Positions 52,188 through 59,109 of a DNA stretch of 59,109 bases are shown here, piece after piece. How positions within the stretch are numbered: position 1 is the first letter of the stretch; every line of letters begins with the position of its first letter. Origin of the DNA: Chromera velia (lineage: Eukaryota); assembly GCA_018398765.1 (NCBI GenBank), contig JAHBMJ010000032.1:1-59109 (forward strand), in the 5' to 3' direction. Position numbers and translations under genes: made by a program. The notes beneath the pieces were generated by a model. It made no database searches, had not been told where the DNA came from, and worked only from the letters and a program-made list of their open reading frames with translations.

Positions 52188-52845
52188 AGGAAAAAAAGAA
52201 AGGAAGACAGAAAGAAAAAAGAAAGGAAGGAAGGGAGGGAGGGTGGGAGGGAGGAACTTCAAGGGACTTGAAGGAAGAAAGAAGGAAGAGAGGGAGGAAG
52301 AGAAGGATGCATTGTACAAAACCTGATTTAGTTGTCAATCTGAGAGTCGCAGCGTGACCTAGGAACTACCCACACCCATTTTTTTTGTGGGACTCCGGAG
52401 ATTAAAACAGCTGTGGTTAAAAACTTTATCTTCTTTTGGTTTCCTCAGTGACATCAGGCCCCCCTCTAACCATTCCAAAGTCGTCCTGGCCCCCATCAAT
52501 AGCTCCAACCACAAAGTTTTTTTCGGCAGTTTAGACTTTGCCGTCCCTTTGTGTAAAGGGCTCCACCAGGGAATACTCTCCAACAAATACACGGATGGAA
52601 GGAAGAAAGTCTCTCAGGATGGAAGGAAGGGAAAGAAAGAAGGAAGAAACAAAAGAAGAAAGGAAGAAAGGAAGGAAGAAAGGAGAAGAAGGGAAGAAAA
52701 GAAGGAAGAAAGGAAAGGAAACGAAGGAAGGAGGGAAAGAAGGGAAGGAAGAAGGAATGAAAGGAAGGAAGACAGGAAGAAACAAAGGAATGGAACGGAA
52801 GGGAAGGGAAGAAAAGGGAAGGAACGAACGAAAGAACGATGGAAG
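51768..52845. repeat. Polypurine (GGAA)n/(GAAA)n tracts (51768-52310, 52598-52845)
   Basis: Direct reading. Confidence 0.9.
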
Positions 52846-53575
52846 ATCTGTCTCGCCTCGCTGTTTTGTGGATGGGAAGAGAGGAAAAGACAAAGAGACG
52901 TCGAGCTGGGGGAGAATACACTCACTGCTCGTGCTGCGAAACTGTTGAGAAGTCTCCTTTCTGTCAGCACAAGGGTCTATCTCACGAAGGAAAATGTTTG
53001 TGCTTCGCTGTTCTGTAAATGAGGAGAGAGGAAAACAAAGAGAAACGTTGAGCTGGGAGAGGATACACTCACTGCTTGTGGCGCGGAACTGCTGAAAAGT
53101 CTCCTTTCTATCAGCACAAGGGTCTGTCTCGCGAAGAAAAATGTTTGCCTTGCTGTTGTGTGGGTAGGGAGGGAGGAAAACAAAGAGAAACGTTGAGCTG
53201 GGGGAGGATACACTCACTGTTCATGCTTTAGAATCGATGATAAGGTCAGCACAAGAGTCTGTCTCGCGAAGGAAAATGTTTGTGCCTCGCTGTTCTGTGG
53301 ATGGGAAGAGAGGAAAACAAAGAGAAACGTCGAGCTGGGGGAGGACACACTCACTGCTTATGGCGCAGAACTGCTAAAAAGTCTCCTTTCTGTCAGTACA
53401 AGGGTCTGTCTCACGAAGGAAAATGTTTGCCTCACTGTTGTGTAGGTAGGGAGAGAGGAAAACACAGAGAGACGTCGAGCTGGGGGAGGATACACTCACT
53501 GTTCGTGCTATAGAACCGATGACGAGTCTGCTTTCTGTCAACACAAGTGCCTGTCTCATCAAGGAAAAATGTTTC
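52845..53575. repeat. ~145-bp tandem repeat x5
   Basis: GAGGAAAACAAAGAGAAACGT.GAGCTGGG.GAGGATACACTCACTG at ~52881, 53028, 53173, 53310 and 53456. Confidence 0.88.
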
Positions 53576-56449
53576 CCTTGCCGTTATACAGATGGCGGAT
53601 GTAGAGAAAAGAAACGAAGGAGACAAGCACTCTATAAACACAACACATCAGGGTGCACAGCGTTAATGCTCCAAGCGACCTTCATTTTTGCCTCAAAGGC
53701 AGGTTAATAGGGCGACACAAAAAATCCTGGGAAAAGCAACAACAAGGATGCACTCTCAAAAATCAGTGGAGACGACAGAGGGAAAAATCATAGCGGTACT
53801 GAAGCCAGCGTACTATATGGGAAAGCGATGGAGCTCTCCAATTTATAATGGAAACACTTGAATCTCCAAGCAGTTCAGAGCTAACTCAGAGTTACTGACT
53901 AATACTGAGGCAGTTTTGCGATGTTTTGCGCTGCGAAAAACTCTGGAGGCCATATATGCAGGCCAACTGGTCTCCCGAAAAGCATATAATACATGCATGG
54001 GCTGCATATGGGCCAGCGGCCGCGGCGGCGCGCAGGATACGCGGATTCAATTTGTATATATGCCAATTAATGCCTGCATGCCCCTGCGTACCCCCGCAGC
54101 CCGCGCACGGTCCGCAACCTATATATCATGAATAGCCATGAAGTACCATAAAGCTGATTAGGGTGTCGCGAATCGTAATATCAGTCTGACCCTAGATCTG
54201 ACCCGTAGTCTGTCCCTAAGTCTGACTCATACATGAGATAGTGAAAGATGATAATAATGATAATCAAATTATTTGAAATAATTATTTGGTGAAATATCAT
54301 TAAATATCATCAAATACCTTAAAATATCTTAAAATATCACAAATATCCCCAAATATCTTCAAATATCTGGATATTTGGATATTTCACAATCATTCACAAT
54401 CAAATATCTTGAATATACGAATATTTCAGTTTGTCATTCCTCATAGATGCGGCAAGTGCCCGCGTCTTCACAACCTCAAAATGAACCTCATGGACGATGA
54501 GATCGGAATTTTTTTTTATACGATGAATGCAGCAGAGCAGCTGCCGGATTTCGGAAGTTTGGATTTAGTTCTGTTGTTCGGACGTTTTGATCCGAATCTT
54601 TAAGAGGGTCTGAGAGCGGTAGGGGAGGCGATGAGGATGGGGCGTTTTGGGTGTATTGAGAAGTTGGAGTACGTTGTGGATGAGGAGGAGGACGGGGAAT
54701 TTGATGAAGAGACAGAGGAAGAAAAGACAGCGTTCATCGAAGCATTAAGCTTAGTCAAACTCCCCCGTCTTTCCAAACTGAAGCTGCGTGGCACGTTCAC
54801 TGATGACGGTGTTGTATTCTTTGCACAAGCAATCAGCGAGGGGGATCTGTTAGGGCTGCAAAGCCTATCTCTGAGGCAGGATACCGCATTCACAGGCCTA
54901 AGGTTAGAGACTCTCATGAGGGGAATGGTTGAGAGTCAGCAGGGGTTGCCTCTTTTTGGAGACATTGATTTGTCGTTCACCACGGCGGGGGGGGGAGTTG
55001 AGTCTAGCAGAGGCCCTTTTGTCAGGTAAGTTGGAGAATCTTTAGGAGATTGATTTGTGCGGGTTGAATCTGACTGATGAGGTGGTCAGGGGTCTGGCAG
55101 ACGCAGTGAGGGGGGGCGGGGGATAACAAAAATCACAAGTTTAATATTTTTTGCGAATCTTCAAATCCAAAAAGAAAGGTGGGAAGAGTTTTTTCGGGCA
55201 ATTGCAGAAAGCAAGAAAGGAATGCCGAAACTCAGGTTTCTGAATTTACTTGATACGACCGCATATAAGGTGGGGGGGGGCGCTGCCAACCGCTCTAGGC
55301 TCTGGTAAGCTTCTTGTTTTTGAATTAATCGTGCCGCTGACTTTCTTTTTTGACCAAGAGGGGGTGGAGGTACTGGGACGGGCCGTCAGGGTGGGCAGGT
55401 TCCCACCCAGCCTGGAATAGCGCTTAAGATTCTGTCTGCATAAGGAGCAGAACCCGAACGTTGACAGTTTGATCAATGCGATTGCAGAGTTAGAGAAGGG
55501 ATTGCCGTCTCTGATTTACTCTCTTAATTTGAGGGGGGGACGAATTAGAGATCAGGCACTGGTTTCCTTTGCCGCTAATGGGGGGGTACGGGGTCCTTCC
55601 GCAAAGCTTGCTAATCTGTCGGGTCTGGGCTTTCGGGGGTATCAGATAGATAATAACAGGCTAAGAATGCTGGGTGAGGTTTTTGCTGCACACCCGTGTT
55701 CCGACCTTAAGTACTTAGACTTAAGATAAAACTTAATCACCCCTACTTACGGGGTCATCCAGGGGCTGATTCACACCACAACCCCCGAGTCTCTCCCAAA
55801 TCTTCGAAGGCTCTATTTGGATAAGCAGAAAGGAGAGGAGGTACGCGGGGATCCATGGACGCCATATTTGAGTAATTTCTGGTATCTTATCCACACTTGG
55901 ATTTGGCATGAAGCAAAAGTTCGCGGAGAGCTGCAAAAGTTGATATTCAAGCACAAAAACAAGTCCAGTCTTTGGGATGAAGAGACTGGCAGCAAGGGGG
56001 ATGATGACAACAATGACGCTGGGTCGAGTGAATCGGAGGCAGACTCGAAGGGAAGTCAAGTGTGAGATCCTGAGTTAGGCCTCAGCTCAGGTGATAGATG
56101 GCTTTGAAGCCTGACCATAATGCGAACTCTTTATATGTTTGATCTTTATATGTGCAATTTAGATCTGATAATAAAAATTTGTTGGTGATAGATACAATTA
56201 CTGATATTAACTCTATAGAATACTAGATAGGATAGCATTAAGCTTTAACTGTTAAATGCAACTCAGAGGGATGATGCATTATATGCTTACAGACTGCCCT
56301 TTGCCATTGGGATACAATGGCTGGCGGGTTAAGTCACCTCATCATCATCATATATCCTCAAGGTTGTCCTAAATTGAATCCTGCATTGCATAAAACATTG
56401 TATTAGGCATTGTATAATGGTGTATAGACTGATAAATAATCTAGAAGAT

Positions 56450-57101
<652 letters not shown>

Positions 57102-58155
57102 ATAATTGTAATTAAATTAATGATAAATATAATGATAAATATATAGTACATGATAGTGTTTTAATTAATGCCATAGTATAGAGACTCTCTGCCAGCAGTG
57201 GATGATGCTAGTATAAAAATATATAATTAATCATATAATTATGATTCATATTACTGCTAATTAATCACGGTGCTAATGATGAAAATTATGATGTTGCTAA
57301 TCTAGTTGCTATAGTGATGTTGTTGGTAAAAAAAAAAAATGTTTCTAGAAACGATATAAAAAATCTGTTTCATAGTTCTTTTTCTATCGTTACAACGTCT
57401 TCTTACATAAAGTTTTAGCTTCTAACTCCTTACCAATTATGAGAATGAGTTTTTTGCGGAAATGTGCCGCTTTAGGGGGGCAAAAAGCACCCTACTCACC
57501 CCTGGCATGCGCCAGGCTACCGTTTTTGCCCGTCTCCTCAGCCGTCTCCATCATTCTACTACCGTCTACCTCAGAACAGGCAAGGCCAGAAGGAGCTTTG
57601 AGGCGAGATATGAAGATGAAAGGGCGCAACCTAACCTAACCTATCAGAATAAAAGTTCTCTGGCTCTTCTTTCTTCTGATTGAGCTAGATTTTAGTAGAA
57701 AGAGGACAAGGCCACGCGTTCTTTGTGAGGATGTAAGACCACTCTGCCTTGCCACGGGAATTCAGTGAGTGGCCGTCACGGGAAAACCGTTCTTGCCTGT
57801 GTTATCTTCCTTCGTGGGAGAGGACTGCCAGTGCCCTAGCAGTGTGTCCAGCTGCGCATCGAACCTGCCGAACGTCAGACGCTCATTTATGGGCCGATGG
57901 CGATGGTGAATAATGATGATATACCTAATATGATATACTATAGATAACTATAGATGATAGGTATCAGGATAATTATACTATCATTTCTTCTAGGATTTCT
58001 TCTAGGATTTAGATTTTAGTTAGAAGCTGGCTTAGAAGATTTCCAGAATTACTTTCCATTACAGTATAGTCTACACTTGAATATGTCATTTGAATGATTT
58101 TTTTCTCAGATCTTTAGACGGATCCAATTGGCCGGGTCGACTGCTACAACTCAGA

Positions 58156-59109
58156 TCATCCCTTTTTCCGCTTGACGAATGACACGCCGGTGACTTTCTT
58201 TCCTGACAGTAAGTCCGCAGGCGCGGTGCTTCCGGATTGTGCCCCTGGAGCCGGGGCCTGACTCGTGCCAGGAGGCCGTTGCGGCATGGCCCTCTGCCCC
58301 GCATCCGGACCTGGATTCGGGTTTGTGCGTGAAGAGGAAGACGGCGGGGACGATCCTTGCATGGCAGAAGCCGAATGCGTCGGGGGGAACGCCGAAGAGG
58401 AGGGCATCATCCGATCTCCGTGCTGCGAGCCGTAATTGCGGCCTCGTGGGTCGAAGTGCCCCCCCCCCCCGCGATCTCTCATGGTTGGACTGCCGGACGG
58501 ATTGGGACGGGATGGCTGCTGCTGGTCCCACCGACTTTTTACGGACGTGCCTCCTCCCTGCCCTTGTCCGAATGGGGCAGGTACGAAGGGGCGGGAGAGG
58601 AGGGGTGCATCGCCAGAAGAACCGTGGGGCGGACCGAAGGAAGATTGAGATTGCCCTGATGGGGGGAAGTTGCGGTGTTGGTGGGAGTAGTTGTCTCTGG
58701 GAGGAAAGCCGCGGTTCTCCTGATAGGAGGAGGAGCCATTCGACCGCTGCATCCCTGAATGGGTACTGGAACCAAGCTGCTGCTGCTGCTGCTGGTTTGG
58801 GTCTCTGTGGGAAGGGTGAGTGCCGTAGCTGTTGTCCTGACGCCAGACCTGGTGGGACTGAGATGGATGCGGCGGATAGGGAGCCTGATGCCTGCTGCCT
58901 GGTGTCTGAGAGGAGAGCCCAAAACCAACACCGTGCCCCCCACCCCCACCTGAGGGACCCGAAATCCTAGGAGGAAGCTCTGAAGGGGGGGGCATCAGAG
59001 CCTGGTCGCCTATCAATGGTCCTGTGGAGGGCTGATAGTGGAAACTCCCACCGTAGGAGTGATCTCGGGACCTTGAATAAGACGACGAGGAGGCGGGGGG
59101 GTATCCGTA
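58156..59109 (-). CDS. 3' end of a low-complexity (S/P/G/Q/H-rich) protein gene, start outside the window
   Basis: Frame is open from the window edge to the stop at 58156; poly-Q, RGG-like (DRGGGGHFDPRGR) and basic C-terminus VKRKKG. Confidence 0.65.
   Translation of the reverse strand, partial: YGYPPASSSSYSRSRDHSYGGSFHYQPSTGPLIGDQALMPPPSELPPRISGPSGGGGGHGVGFGLSSQTPGSRHQAPYPPHPSQSHQVWRQDNSYGTHPSHRDPNQQQQQQLGSSTHSGMQRSNGSSSYQENRGFPPRDNYSHQHRNFPPSGQSQSSFGPPHGSSGDAPLLSRPFVPAPFGQGQGGGTSVKSRWDQQQPSRPNPSGSPTMRDRGGGGHFDPRGRNYGSQHGDRMMPSSSAFPPTHSASAMQGSSPPSSSSRTNPNPGPDAGQRAMPQRPPGTSQAPAPGAQSGSTAPADLLSGKKVTGVSFVKRKKG

Larger units (their letters stand above)
51395..54449. mobile_element. Non-autonomous TIR element with 2-bp CG target duplication
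   Basis: Left CATGTATGACAAATGATAAACTGAAATAT vs right reverse complement CATCTATGAGGAATGACAAACTGAAATAT; CG at 51393-94 and 54450-51; AAATATC/GATATTT subterminal arrays at both ends. Confidence 0.8.
51220..56065 (+). pseudogene. Leucine-rich-repeat (RNI-like) pseudogene split by a 3-kb insertion
   Basis: LRR-type units CPPTLQEV, CPRLHNLKM, LPRLSKLKL, LGLQSLSL, LANLSGLGF, CSDLKYLDL with multiple stops and frameshifts. Reading frame LETLGA|GKCPRL is restored by removing 51395-54451. Confidence 0.75.

Noticed and set aside
51709..53217. Long K/E/G/R-rich and F/L/P/S-rich ORFs
   Set aside because: They are translations of (GGAA)n simple repeats.
52845..53575. CRISPR-like or guide array
   Set aside because: Whole 145-bp units are homologous; there are no unique spacers.

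Overview
Eukaryotic, intron-rich, repeat-rich DNA. GT-AG introns packed with microsatellites, a CCp/LAP-like ricin-lectin gene and LRR pseudogenes point to an alveolate, most likely a chromerid such as Chromera velia; this is inference, not a lookup. Positions 1-8834 are a head-to-tail array of at least three ~3.12-kb copies of a Merlin/ISXO2 (IS1595-family) DDE transposon. Each copy carries a spliced transposase, a convergent spliced HNH-endonuclease gene and a ~150-nt highly foldable segment at the right end. This is the best candidate for an undescribed system, possibly an RNA-guided HNH nuclease in a eukaryotic DDE transposon. The copies differ mainly by CpA>TpA/TpG>TpA changes, a RIP-like pattern. 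Host genes are a small secreted PSI-repeat protein, a signal-peptide catalase-peroxidase (KatG, 6 exons), a class I aminotransferase with an N-myristoylation motif (5 exons), a truncated CCp-like gene, an RRM-like exon, two poorly resolved minus-strand genes and the 3' end of a low-complexity gene. The rest is non-autonomous TIR elements with 2-bp TSDs (one splits an LRR pseudogene), a rearranged P-like transposon, a degraded CxC/retroelement-like region and tandem repeats. All alignments, folds and splice models were done by eye.
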